From the NCBI GenBank assembly GCA_964521285.1, contig CAZFQS010000001.1:62438-126437 (forward strand): DNA of 64,000 nt, read 5' to 3'. Numbering within the stretch: position 1 is the first letter of the stretch; every line of letters starts with the position of its first letter. The position numbers were made by a program, and so were the translations under genes. This DNA comes from an uncultured Bacteroidales bacterium (GTDB lineage: Bacteria; Bacteroidota; Bacteroidia; Bacteroidales; UBA10428). This document shows, one piece after another, positions 8,150 to 17,941 of this stretch. Under the pieces are notes generated by a model. It searched no databases, had not been told where the DNA came from, and saw only the letters and a program-made list of their open reading frames with translations.

Positions 8150-9967
8150 ATGTCATTTAAAGTTTTTTACAGCTCAGTTTTTGTTCTGTGCCTTATGCCG
8201 TTTGTATGCTCATTTGGCGACTCTAATATACTTGATAACCACGGTTTTGAAAGAGGAAGGGACGGTTGGTTCGATCGAACCTGTGCAATAGAAGCTGTTT
8301 CATCACCGGTTCACAGTGGTACAGGAAGCGTGAAAGTAATCCACAGATTACAAAACTGGCAGGGAATTAAACAGTCAGTATTTGGCAAAATGATAGATGG
8401 AAAAACATATCAGGTATCAGGCTGGGTAAGGCTTGATAATGCCCAAAGTGATTTGGTCGCTATATCATTTGAACAACAGGATGATGGAGGTACTAGATAT
8501 TATAATGTAGCCCGGGCCCTGGCATCAGACACCGGATGGATTCAGCTTTCCGGAGAATTTACCTTGAATGTGACAGGTACGCTGTCTGTTCTGGATGTGT
8601 ACTTTGAAGGTCCTGCACCAGGAGTTAATTTTTATGTTGATGATGCGATTGTATATGGTCCTGAAATCGATGCTCCAAAAGTAATCCCGGCCAAACCCAA
8701 CGGGAAAGGCAGGATTAATATTGGTATTCGTCATCAGAAAATAGAAGGATTTGGTGCCTCCGGAGCATTTTATACAATGGACCTGTTAAAACATAAGAAA
8801 AAAGATGAACTGATGAATTTGCTTTTTAAAGACCTTGGCCTGGATATCTTCCGCATTAGAAATACATACGAAATGGACTCTAATACTTTCTACGAATCTG
8901 CTGAAATAGCCAGAAATGGTGAAGCTGCCCTCGGGCGCGATTTGAAGATTCTGGTTTCATCATGGTCACCGCCGGTTTACCTGAAAAGCAACGATAACAA
9001 AATAGGTGGAACGCTTAAGCAATGCAATGGAAAATATATGTATGATGAATTTGCACAGTGGTGGTATAATAGCATTGCTGCTTACAATAAAGCAGGTCTG
9101 AAAATTTATTATATAAGCATACAGAATGAAGTTGATTACGAAGCCCCATGGCAATCATGCAAATTTGCTCCTGCAGAAAATCCAGGTTCAAACCTGGCCG
9201 CCTATGACAAAGCCTTCGAGACGGTTTGGCACAAACTGAATTCTGAAATGGGTTCTGCCATGCCAAAGATGCTTGCACCCGAATCGTCCGGTTTAGGGAA
9301 CGCCAAAGAGTATATAGAAAATTTAGATAGTTTGTCACATGTTTATGGATATGCAGTACATTATTATGATTGCAGTGGGTGCGGCTCTTCTCCTGACAGG
9401 TTTATTCCACGAATGAACAGTCTGAGTAACTTTATTATGCAGTATGGCAACAAACCTTTGTTTCAGACAGAGTTTGAGGATGAACCAGGAACTTGGAAAG
9501 ATGCGATCAATATGGCATTGGTTATATACAATTCTCTTACAGCAGCTAAAGTTTCAGCTTATCTTTACTGGGATCTATTCTGGGCTCCGGGAACTGCTTT
9601 GGTCAGCCTGGACGATTCGTCTTCTTACACAATTAAGCCCACCTATTATGCCTTCAAGCAGTATTCAGCATATATTGATGCAGACTGGCAACGCTTGGAT
9701 GCTGTTACGGATAATGCTGGTCTGAGGTTATCGGCTTTTATCAGCCCTGATAATAAAAAATTAACGGCAGTAATACTCAATGTCAGTGACAGTGTGGATA
9801 TTTCGCTCAATCTTGCCATAAAGAATTTTTCTGTATCCAAAGGTGAAATTTATCGATCCAGTAAAATGGAAAACTGTGTTCTTGTGGGAAACTATGATGG
9901 AAAGGGTTTATTAAAAATACCTAAAAATTCTGTTACCACCCTTTTACTTTATGCCAAGGGAAAATGA
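8150..9967 (+). CDS. Exported CBM4/22-GH30 xylanase-like protein (glucuronoxylan xylanase subgroup likely)
   Basis: Signal peptide MSFKVFYSSVFVLCLMPFVCSFG. CBM_4_9 module (NHGFE...GKTYQVSGWVR...FYVDD). GH30 motifs GFGASGA, SSWSPP, IQNEVDY, FQTEF, AYLYWDLFW. ATG at 8150 follows GGAGGA. Confidence 0.85.
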   Translation: MSFKVFYSSVFVLCLMPFVCSFGDSNILDNHGFERGRDGWFDRTCAIEAVSSPVHSGTGSVKVIHRLQNWQGIKQSVFGKMIDGKTYQVSGWVRLDNAQSDLVAISFEQQDDGGTRYYNVARALASDTGWIQLSGEFTLNVTGTLSVLDVYFEGPAPGVNFYVDDAIVYGPEIDAPKVIPAKPNGKGRINIGIRHQKIEGFGASGAFYTMDLLKHKKKDELMNLLFKDLGLDIFRIRNTYEMDSNTFYESAEIARNGEAALGRDLKILVSSWSPPVYLKSNDNKIGGTLKQCNGKYMYDEFAQWWYNSIAAYNKAGLKIYYISIQNEVDYEAPWQSCKFAPAENPGSNLAAYDKAFETVWHKLNSEMGSAMPKMLAPESSGLGNAKEYIENLDSLSHVYGYAVHYYDCSGCGSSPDRFIPRMNSLSNFIMQYGNKPLFQTEFEDEPGTWKDAINMALVIYNSLTAAKVSAYLYWDLFWAPGTALVSLDDSSSYTIKPTYYAFKQYSAYIDADWQRLDAVTDNAGLRLSAFISPDNKKLTAVILNVSDSVDISLNLAIKNFSVSKGEIYRSSKMENCVLVGNYDGKGLLKIPKNSVTTLLLYAKGK

Positions 9968-9989
9968 TGAATTTAGCAAACAGCTGAAT

Positions 9990-12917
9990 TTAATCATTTT
10001 CTTCTTCCAACCTGTAATAACTTTCAGGCGGTCCCAGATAACTTGGACTGACTTTGCCTGTTTCAACAACAACCTTCTGTAAAACAATGCCCGGATCAAC
10101 CATCCAGAACTTAAGTATATGCCTGCCTGATTCAGTGATGTCATGTTCTGAAACACCGATTGTAATATTGCTTCTCACGGATTCCTCCCAATCCTGAAAT
10201 GTTTTGTCCTTATGGATATTTACAATCTGCGGTTGTTCATCATCAAAGGAAACAGCATAACATAATCCCTCATCGTTATGGAAATTTAATGTGGGTGATA
10301 TATAGGCTTTAACCTTTGCCTGTCCGCTGTTAAAGAGATGCATCTGGTATTCAAGATGAGGACTGTTACCTCCGGGGGACTGGCTTTCAGCCGTAACAGG
10401 AACAGGGGTCATTCCTGAAAGCGTGCGGCCCAGGTCCGGAATATGCAGCCACCGGACCGGTTCTGCATCAACTGCCCTGGTATAATGCTCAGCCTCCATA
10501 GAGACGTAACGATTACTTTCAACAAATCCTGTTATTTGGTCTTTTTCCGGAAACCCATAGTTGTTAACAATAGCCCTGACAATAACACTGGTACCATCCG
10601 GCCCGTTTACACTTATCGGAACATTGTGTATTCCGATAGGTACCTGCTGCCAGTCAACACTCACCCAGACACGCTGTTCCTCATCTACTTTTCCTTTATC
10701 GGGCGTAACATATAACCAGGTTTTTTCGGTTTCAATTACATAATCAAAAGGTACCTGCCCCCGGTTAAATACTTCTATATAATATTTCTGCTGATTAAAA
10801 GGATCAAAACCGGGTAATACAGCACTGCTCTTTTCCATTGGCCACCAGTTGTCTGATCCCTCAATTGCCACCCCCATTTCTGCAATATCGGGCAGGTCTA
10901 TCTCCTTAACTTCAGGCATGTTATTCTGTTCTGGTTGCTGCCAATAGGTATAACCGATATGTGTCTGCGACATCATATGATTCCACTTACCTCCTGCCAT
11001 TTCGGTATGGAAGTAATCTGTTAATTCCGCATCCTTGGCAAACAACTCTCTAACCCGCTGTGCCATTATATTTGTGGCAGCCCGCTTCTGGTTAGCATAT
11101 AAACGGTTCTTTCCTGCAGTAACATAGAGGTCGTTAAGATTTGCACAGGCTTTTACCGGAAAGAGTACAAGCTGGTAATATGCATCTTTATATTCGGGAG
11201 GCAATTTCATGTAAATCTTTTCAGCTTCATCAGCCAGCTTATTGTAGTCAGCTACGACAGTTTCCGCTTCTTTAAAGTCAGTCAGGCTATAAATATCCGG
11301 GTCAAGTAACTCAGGTTTTCTGCGTCCATTGTATTTAGTATATTTTGAGAGTATATCTGCAATAGCTGCCGAGTAACGGTCTCCAAATTGTTGCTTTGCC
11401 CACATCCTCGTGTATTCTGGCAGAGCTTCAGCAGGCCATTCCTCAGGATTCCATGCATAGTCAAGAAAAAACTGGGTAGGAAATTCCATGGGTTTTATAT
11501 CTCCTACATTAACTATCCAAATTTGCTTTGCGCTGTAACGATAAGCCAGGTGCATCTGTTCCCATACTCTTGGAATAGGATTTGTATTCAGCCATTTATA
11601 GTTTCTCGGTCCACCGACATAATCAAAATGATAATATATACCATATCCACCTGACCGGTGTGGGTCTCCAGGCCTGGGTAACTTTCTTATATTACCCCAG
11701 TTATCATCGCACAGTAACAATGTTACATCATCAGGCACCCTCATACCTTTATCATAATAGTCCTGCACTTCCTTATACAGAGCCCATTTCTGGGGAGTGG
11801 AAGCTGCCGGCTTGCCGGTTACTTCTTCAATAATTTCTCTCTGATCATTAACAATTCTTTCCAGCAGGGCTATCGCAGTACCTTCTGTCATCGGCTCATC
11901 ACCATCGCCCCTCATACCCACAGTAACAATACTCTCGTATGAGTCCATCCTTTGTATACCTTCCCTCCAGAACTCCTTTAAAGTATCTTCATTGAGTTCA
12001 TAATTCCATCTCCCCGAGCCAAAACGTCTCCATTCGTCATGAGCCCTCATCAGAGGTTCGTGGTGTGATGTCCCTATAACAATACCATATTCATCTGCTA
12101 ATTTCGGATTAAGCGTATCATCCGCGTAAAATGCCCTGCCCCACATTGCAGGCCACAGATAGTTACCTTTTAGCCTAAGTATAAGTTCAAAAACATTCTC
12201 ATAAAACTTATGGTTAAAACCCCCGAACTTTTCATAGGCCCACCCGGAAAGTGCCGGTGCCTCATCATTAATGAAAATCCCCCTGTATTTTACTGCAGGC
12301 TCTCCCCTTGTATAGCGCCCCGGCAACATAAAAAGATCAGGATTGTGTTCTACAGGTACATCAGCCCACCAGTACCATGGTGAAACACCTATATTTGCAG
12401 AAAGATCATATATGCCATATATTGTACCCCGCTTATCACTGCCTGCAATGACCAGGGCACGTTTAACACCTCGCAGAGGCTCTTCCAGAACCTCCATGAC
12501 AAATGATTCCCATCTGCCCTTAATATCCTCAACATCAAGTTTCCCGTCCTTTACCAGCTTATCTATAACAGGGCTTTTGCCCAGTGTGCCAATAAGCATA
12601 ACCTGTTCTAAAGCAGGTAATTTATTTATATAAATCCGGGGTTCTGTATTTGTTACACGGCCAATGTCATCCTGCAAATCCTCCACTGCCCTTATTACTC
12701 CAGGATAATCCTCCTCACTTACAAATAATGGGGAAGATTTTCCCTGTGCGGAAAGGACAAAGCTGAAACCGTCATTTTTCGTTGATATGTAGGACGTATT
12801 ATATGCATCCACGTTAGATTGTGGAAAAACTAAAGTACCCACTGAACAGAACAACATAAAGAAACCAAGTCTTGGTTTTTTATATAACAATAGAGAAAAG
12901 TCAGAATGTTTTGCCAT
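9990..12917 (-). CDS. GH115 xylan alpha-1,2-(4-O-methyl)glucuronidase
   Basis: GSDKRGTIYGIY, GVSPWYWWADVP, YRGIFINDE, LKGNYLWPAMW, GTSHHEPLMRA, DDNWGNIR, YYHFDYVGGPRNYKW, WIVNVGDIKP. Hydrophobic N-terminus. Confidence 0.95.
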   Translation of the reverse strand: MAKHSDFSLLLYKKPRLGFFMLFCSVGTLVFPQSNVDAYNTSYISTKNDGFSFVLSAQGKSSPLFVSEEDYPGVIRAVEDLQDDIGRVTNTEPRIYINKLPALEQVMLIGTLGKSPVIDKLVKDGKLDVEDIKGRWESFVMEVLEEPLRGVKRALVIAGSDKRGTIYGIYDLSANIGVSPWYWWADVPVEHNPDLFMLPGRYTRGEPAVKYRGIFINDEAPALSGWAYEKFGGFNHKFYENVFELILRLKGNYLWPAMWGRAFYADDTLNPKLADEYGIVIGTSHHEPLMRAHDEWRRFGSGRWNYELNEDTLKEFWREGIQRMDSYESIVTVGMRGDGDEPMTEGTAIALLERIVNDQREIIEEVTGKPAASTPQKWALYKEVQDYYDKGMRVPDDVTLLLCDDNWGNIRKLPRPGDPHRSGGYGIYYHFDYVGGPRNYKWLNTNPIPRVWEQMHLAYRYSAKQIWIVNVGDIKPMEFPTQFFLDYAWNPEEWPAEALPEYTRMWAKQQFGDRYSAAIADILSKYTKYNGRRKPELLDPDIYSLTDFKEAETVVADYNKLADEAEKIYMKLPPEYKDAYYQLVLFPVKACANLNDLYVTAGKNRLYANQKRAATNIMAQRVRELFAKDAELTDYFHTEMAGGKWNHMMSQTHIGYTYWQQPEQNNMPEVKEIDLPDIAEMGVAIEGSDNWWPMEKSSAVLPGFDPFNQQKYYIEVFNRGQVPFDYVIETEKTWLYVTPDKGKVDEEQRVWVSVDWQQVPIGIHNVPISVNGPDGTSVIVRAIVNNYGFPEKDQITGFVESNRYVSMEAEHYTRAVDAEPVRWLHIPDLGRTLSGMTPVPVTAESQSPGGNSPHLEYQMHLFNSGQAKVKAYISPTLNFHNDEGLCYAVSFDDEQPQIVNIHKDKTFQDWEESVRSNITIGVSEHDITESGRHILKFWMVDPGIVLQKVVVETGKVSPSYLGPPESYYRLEEEND

Positions 12918-13110
12918 ATTTTTTATTGTATTTGATGTGCAGAAAGTTAATTAATCACAAGTTTATTCTTCTCTGTTATCACCTTTAATAAATTTTACTT
13001 TTCATTTTACACTCTTAACATTCTTTTAGCTTAACTATCAAAAATAGTCAAATCCTCAGAATAAAAAAGGCAGAATCGCATCAATAATAACTATTAATTT
13101 AATTGGTAAA

Positions 13111-14123
13111 TTATAATTTTAAGTATCTGTTCAATTCATTTACCAGCTTTTGCTTTTTGCTATTTTCACACCATGCAGAATTTATTCCGTTTTCTGTTAG
13201 CTTTTTTATATCAGCAGATTTAAATCCGCATTCTTCCATCAACATAAGATATTCTTCCTCCATACTGTTATTGAACATCTTGGGATCATCTGTATTAACA
13301 AATACATTTAACCCTTTTTTATAGTAATCTCTTACAGGATGTTCTTTAATATTCTTTACTACACCTGTTCTTATATTTGATATGGGGCACATCTCCAGGG
13401 GTATCTGATTTTCTTTAAGATATTCAATAAGTTTATCATCTTCAAATGCTCTTGTGCCGTGTCCTATTCTGTCTGTCTTTAGCTGATTTATTGCGCCCCA
13501 TATACTATCTGCTCCTGAAGCTTCTCCGGCATGGGCCGTTGTTTTAAAGCCATATTCTCTTGCTTTTTCATATACTTCTTTAAAAGGTCCGGGTGGATAT
13601 TTATGTTCCGAACCCCCTATGCCGATACCGATAATTTTTTTATCCTTTAACTCACTAAGTTGATGAACAACATGCATGCTATTCTCAGGCCCTGCATCCC
13701 TGCACAGGTCAGCTATTAAAAATATCTCTATCTCATTTGAGTAATAATTAAACCCGATCCTGATTGCTTCAGTCAGTTTTTCAGTTCAATATTCTTACTA
13801 AAATGATCTGCCGGTGTATAAAACATCTCAACGTATTTAATATTTTGTTCCTTTAAATCACCGGCTACTTCTTTTGCAATAAAGGTAAAGTCTTCATATT
13901 CTCTTAAAAACTGATTTTTCCAGACCCAGGTTTCAATGAAATGTGAGAAATCTTTGTATTTAAATTTATCATGCAAGTCTTCGAGACTATTAATATTCTT
14001 ATTTCCACCATATTTAACTACCAGGCTCCATAAGGCTTTAACCGGTATTGCTCCTTCCAGATGAATATGTAATTCAACTTTAGGTAAATTCCTTATAAAT
14101 TGTTTATTATTAATCTGTTCCAT
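13111..14123 (-). pseudogene. add: Adenosine/adenine deaminase split by a single-base frameshift near 13777-13781
   Basis: ORF 13773..14123 has PKVELHIHLEG. ORF 13111..13677 has TTAHAGE, RIGHGTR, EMCPISN and NTDDP. The frames join across CTG-AAAAA-CTG if one base is added, giving about 337 aa. Confidence 0.85.
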
Positions 14124-14219
14124 TGGATCTCGCAGGATAGTACCGGTATCGGTTTTATTAAGCGAATATCAAAAAAGCTAAAATTACTGTCTTAAGAGAT
14201 ATTTTTTTTAGTATAAGTT

Positions 14220-15197
14220 TTATACCAGTTTTGAGTAGTGCCTCATGTATTGTGTTCTGCTGAACAGTTTTTGCTCTTCTGCAGTTTTTGACTTTAAAAT
14301 ACCCCTTATTTCATTAACAGTTTCATAGTCGTGACTTTTCATCCAGTTTGCTAGATCCTGTAAAAAGGTCTTTAAATAATCTATACCATTTTTATACAAA
14401 GTGGAACATAACTGGACTGTGGTAGCACCTACCATCAATAATTTTAAAGCTTCCCTTGCAGAATGCACACCTGTGGTCGCCGAAATATCACACGAAACAT
14501 TGTCAGCAAGCATTCCTATCCATCGAAGAGGGACAATAACTTCATCAGGGGAACTGAAGTAAGAACCGGAAGTAACCTCCAGTTTCTCAATATCAACATC
14601 AGGGCTGTAATACCTGTTAAATAACACCAATCCATTAATACCTGAGTAACTAAGCCTTAATAACATTTGAGGCAAATTGGTAAAAAAATAACTGACTTTT
14701 AAAGCAATAGGAAGACTTGTATTACTTTTAACATCTTTTATAATCTTTAAATATAAATCTTCAATCTGAGCAGCGGTGAGTTTCTGAAAGTCGGTTATAA
14801 AAATATTTAATTCCAGTGCATCTGCACCGGCATTTTCCAGTTCCCCTGCAAACTCTGTCCATTTATTGTTACTCATGCAATTGATGCTTGCTATTATTGG
14901 AACAGAAACATCTTTCTTTGCCTGGTGAATAATATCAAGATATCTGGTAATACTCTGCTCTTTTGCAAAGTACTTTAAGTAGTCTAAAGCTTCGGGATGC
15001 TGATAAGTATCATAACTTTCAAGGCTTTTATGGGTTTCATACATAATTTGTTCTTCAAATAATGATTTGAGAACTACTGCCCCGGCTCCATAATCTTCAA
15101 ATTTTTTAATATTATTCAGTGACAGGGTAAGGACTGAACTTCCTATCACAACCGGTGTTTTTAACTCTAATCCTAAATAACTTGTTTTCAGATCCAT
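14220..15197 (-). CDS. Dihydroorotate dehydrogenase-like FMN protein (DHOD_like family)
   Basis: LGLELKTPVVIGSS, GAGAVVLKSLFEEQI, PIIASIN, GADALELN, ALKVS, GLVLFNR, GATTVQLCS. Lacks the ELNxSCPN catalytic Cys. Confidence 0.8.
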   Translation of the reverse strand: MDLKTSYLGLELKTPVVIGSSVLTLSLNNIKKFEDYGAGAVVLKSLFEEQIMYETHKSLESYDTYQHPEALDYLKYFAKEQSITRYLDIIHQAKKDVSVPIIASINCMSNNKWTEFAGELENAGADALELNIFITDFQKLTAAQIEDLYLKIIKDVKSNTSLPIALKVSYFFTNLPQMLLRLSYSGINGLVLFNRYYSPDVDIEKLEVTSGSYFSSPDEVIVPLRWIGMLADNVSCDISATTGVHSAREALKLLMVGATTVQLCSTLYKNGIDYLKTFLQDLANWMKSHDYETVNEIRGILKSKTAEEQKLFSRTQYMRHYSKLV

Positions 15198-15457
15198 TGT
15201 TAAAGTTTTTTTTGTTACTTATGTTATTTATATTTTAAAACTAACAATAATATTTCGATCCTTTTACTATGTTTCATTTTATTTTTATTTTCAATTCACA
15301 TAAGCCTATTTTGGAAGCTAAGACCTGTCTTTGAGTCAAGCCTGTTTGTTAAGTTCCTAGACAGGCTGTTTCCAATGACCTGTATTCCATACCCTTATAC
15401 TATTTAAAATTATAATCAAAAAAAAAGGAATTTATACTAAAGTCAATAAAATAAGTG

Positions 15458-15465
15458 TACCTTTG
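15458..15465 (+). promoter_or_regulatory. Candidate Bacteroidota sigma70 -7 element (TACCTTTG) for the RRM-csp bicistron
   Basis: Matches TAnnTTTG about 345 nt upstream of the RRM ATG. Confidence 0.5.
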
Positions 15466-15808
15466 TATCTGATTTAGAAATTGGCTTTTTGATTTAACTG
15501 ATTTCCCTTATTAATTAGTTCAATTATTGTCCTCACTTCTTAAATCTTATAGTTATAATTAAAAACAATCATATTAATTTAATATAAGAGTAAAAACTGG
15601 CGAGACACCAGAATCAGATATTACTTTCGATTCTGTTATTTAGCCTGTAATTAAAAATTATAATTTATAGATTGAAATGCTTAGCACCAAGCAAGCGTTT
15701 TATGCTATAAGGAGTCTTCTTAATAAGTGAATTTCTGTGGAATTATAATAAGCTTTAAAATACAATTAAATAATCAATCTTAATTATAAACAAATAAATT
15801 TAGAAAAA

Positions 15809-16072
15809 ATGAATATTTATGTAGGTAACTTAAGTTACAAGGTAGATGAAAATGACTTAAAAGGTATTTTTGAGGAATACGGTGAAGTTACTTCGGTAAA
15901 AATCATCAAAGACAAGTACAGCGGAAGAAGTAAAGGTTTTGCATTTATTGAAATGACTAACAATAATGAGGCAAAAACAGCCATTAAAGAACTTAATGGA
16001 GGGGAATTAGACAACAGGAAGGTTGTTATTAATGAAGCAAAACCAAAACGTACAAATAACAATCGTTATTAA
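15809..16072 (+). CDS. Single-domain RRM RNA-binding protein (Rbp type)
   Basis: RNP2 IYVGNL, RNP1 KGFAFIEM, VVINEAKPK. Confidence 0.95.
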   Translation: MNIYVGNLSYKVDENDLKGIFEEYGEVTSVKIIKDKYSGRSKGFAFIEMTNNNEAKTAIKELNGGELDNRKVVINEAKPKRTNNNRY

Positions 16073-16095
16073 AATGAAATTATAAAGAAAATACT

Positions 16096-16296
16096 ATGGC
16101 AACCGGAAAAGTAAAATGGTATAATGAATCCAAAGGATATGGATTTATTGAAACCGAAGAAGGTGAAGACGTTTTTGTACATCGTTCAGGTTTATCAATT
16201 TCATATCTTGGACTTGAACCAGGTCAAAAAGTTGAATTTCAAACTAAAAGCGGGCAAAAGGGATTAGTGGCATTTGATGTCAAGTTAACAAATTAG
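16096..16296 (+). CDS. Cold-shock protein (CspA family)
   Basis: TGKVKWYNESKGYGFI, DVFVHRS, 66 aa. Confidence 0.95.
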   Translation: MATGKVKWYNESKGYGFIETEEGEDVFVHRSGLSISYLGLEPGQKVEFQTKSGQKGLVAFDVKLTN

Positions 16297-16490
16297 AAAG
16301 CTCAAATTAAAAAATAGAATAATCTGTATAATCAAATCCTGAAGATTTTATTAATTTTGGAATCCTAATAAAAATATAATATATTCATAATTTTATTACG
16401 ATACTGCTTCATGTAGTTTTTCAATCCTAATCGATATATATTTCCATATCTGCTGGGGCATTAATCATAAAATCCAAAACTATAACAATC

Positions 16491-17867
16491 ATGAAAATTT
16501 TACTAATTTCCCCGGCAAGAGATAAACACGCATATACAAACAAAGGTATAATGATTCCCCAGCTGGCCTTGTTTATTCTGGAAGGCCTTACACCAAAAGA
16601 ACACCAGGTTAAAATTGTGGAAGAAGAGTATATACCCATTGATTTTGAGGAAGATTGCGATATTGTTGGTATTAGTTTTATGACTTCAAATTCCAACAGA
16701 GCATATGATATTTCAAAAGAATTTAAAAAGAGGGGCAAAACGATTATTATGGGAGGTGTTCATCCTACTATCCTTCCCGATGAAGCACTTCAATATGCTG
16801 ATGCTGTCGTTATTGGTGAAGCTGAAGGTGTATGGGGACAGGTGTTACAGGATATCAAGAATAATAAATTAAAAAGCAGGTACCATGTCCCTGATCCTGA
16901 TTTAACAAAATATGTACCAAAAAATTTCTCAGCACTGAAAACTAAAAAGCTGTTTAATTTGTTTCCGGTTATGACTACCAGGGGATGCCCCTACAATTGT
17001 AACTTTTGTTGTGTTTCAAAAATATTTGGTAAAAAGGTAAAACACATACCTGTTGAGCATGTCGTTAGAGATATCGTTGAATCGCGGGCAAAAAGATTTA
17101 TTTTTTTAGATGATAACATTATAGGTGATCAACACTATGCCAAAAAGCTTTTTACAGCAATTAAACCCTTGAAAATAAAATGGCTCGCCCAAGCTTCCAT
17201 ATCTTTTGCAAAAAATACCGAATTGATGAAGCTTGCTAAAGATAGCGGCTGTAAGGGACTATTTATCGGACTGGAATCTGTTTCAGAAATTCAGTTGAAA
17301 AAGCTCAGGAAACTAGATGACAAAATTGAAAATGTGGAGCTAGCACTAAAAAAAATAAGGAAAATGGGTATAGTAATTCAAGCTTCGGTTATATTTGGCT
17401 TTGACGATGATAACCACCAGGTTTTCAGGGATACACTTAAATTTCTTATAAAAAATCAAATATGTTCAGCATCGTTCAACATTTTAACACCGTATCCGGG
17501 AACAATCATATATGATGAATTCAGGAAAAATGGACGTATTATCAATGACAGATGGGAATATTATGATCACCATACTGTTGTATTCAGGCCCTCAAATATG
17601 ACTCCTCTTGAACTCCAGTTAGGAAAAATTAATGCCAAGGAGAAATTTTACAGCCTTCCTTCAATAATAAAAAGATTCAGAGGAAATTTGGCCAATCCTT
17701 TCATTTACCTTGCGGCTAATCTTGGTTACATGAAGCTTGCCAAAGCTGAAAAGAAAAGAATAGCATATATTGAATCTACATTACAAGGGAAAGATATTAG
17801 TGATACTGTTTTTCTCGAATCAATGAAAAACGAAATTGACGATAAAAGCCTGGTTGAATCCAAATAG
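16491..17867 (+). CDS. Cobalamin-binding (class B) radical SAM protein, substrate unknown
   Basis: N-terminal B12-binding domain (GGVHPT, DAVVIGEAE), TTRGCPYNCNFC (CxxxCxxC), FLDDNI, LFIGLES, TPYPGT. Confidence 0.88.
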   Translation: MKILLISPARDKHAYTNKGIMIPQLALFILEGLTPKEHQVKIVEEEYIPIDFEEDCDIVGISFMTSNSNRAYDISKEFKKRGKTIIMGGVHPTILPDEALQYADAVVIGEAEGVWGQVLQDIKNNKLKSRYHVPDPDLTKYVPKNFSALKTKKLFNLFPVMTTRGCPYNCNFCCVSKIFGKKVKHIPVEHVVRDIVESRAKRFIFLDDNIIGDQHYAKKLFTAIKPLKIKWLAQASISFAKNTELMKLAKDSGCKGLFIGLESVSEIQLKKLRKLDDKIENVELALKKIRKMGIVIQASVIFGFDDDNHQVFRDTLKFLIKNQICSASFNILTPYPGTIIYDEFRKNGRIINDRWEYYDHHTVVFRPSNMTPLELQLGKINAKEKFYSLPSIIKRFRGNLANPFIYLAANLGYMKLAKAEKKRIAYIESTLQGKDISDTVFLESMKNEIDDKSLVESK

Positions 17868-17941
17868 CCATAAAATAACATGTGTGAATAATAAATCTGC
17901 CTTTCTGCCCAGTCTGACGTGCCAGAGAAAAAGTAAATTAT

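Noticed and set aside
13770-13790. Programmed ribosomal frameshift in the deaminase
   Set aside because: There is no X-XXY-YYZ slippery heptamer or obvious stimulatory hairpin; a simple indel is more parsimonious.
16427-16738. 103-aa minus-strand ORF
   Set aside because: It is a shadow of the radical SAM gene's 5' end, with no recognisable domain.
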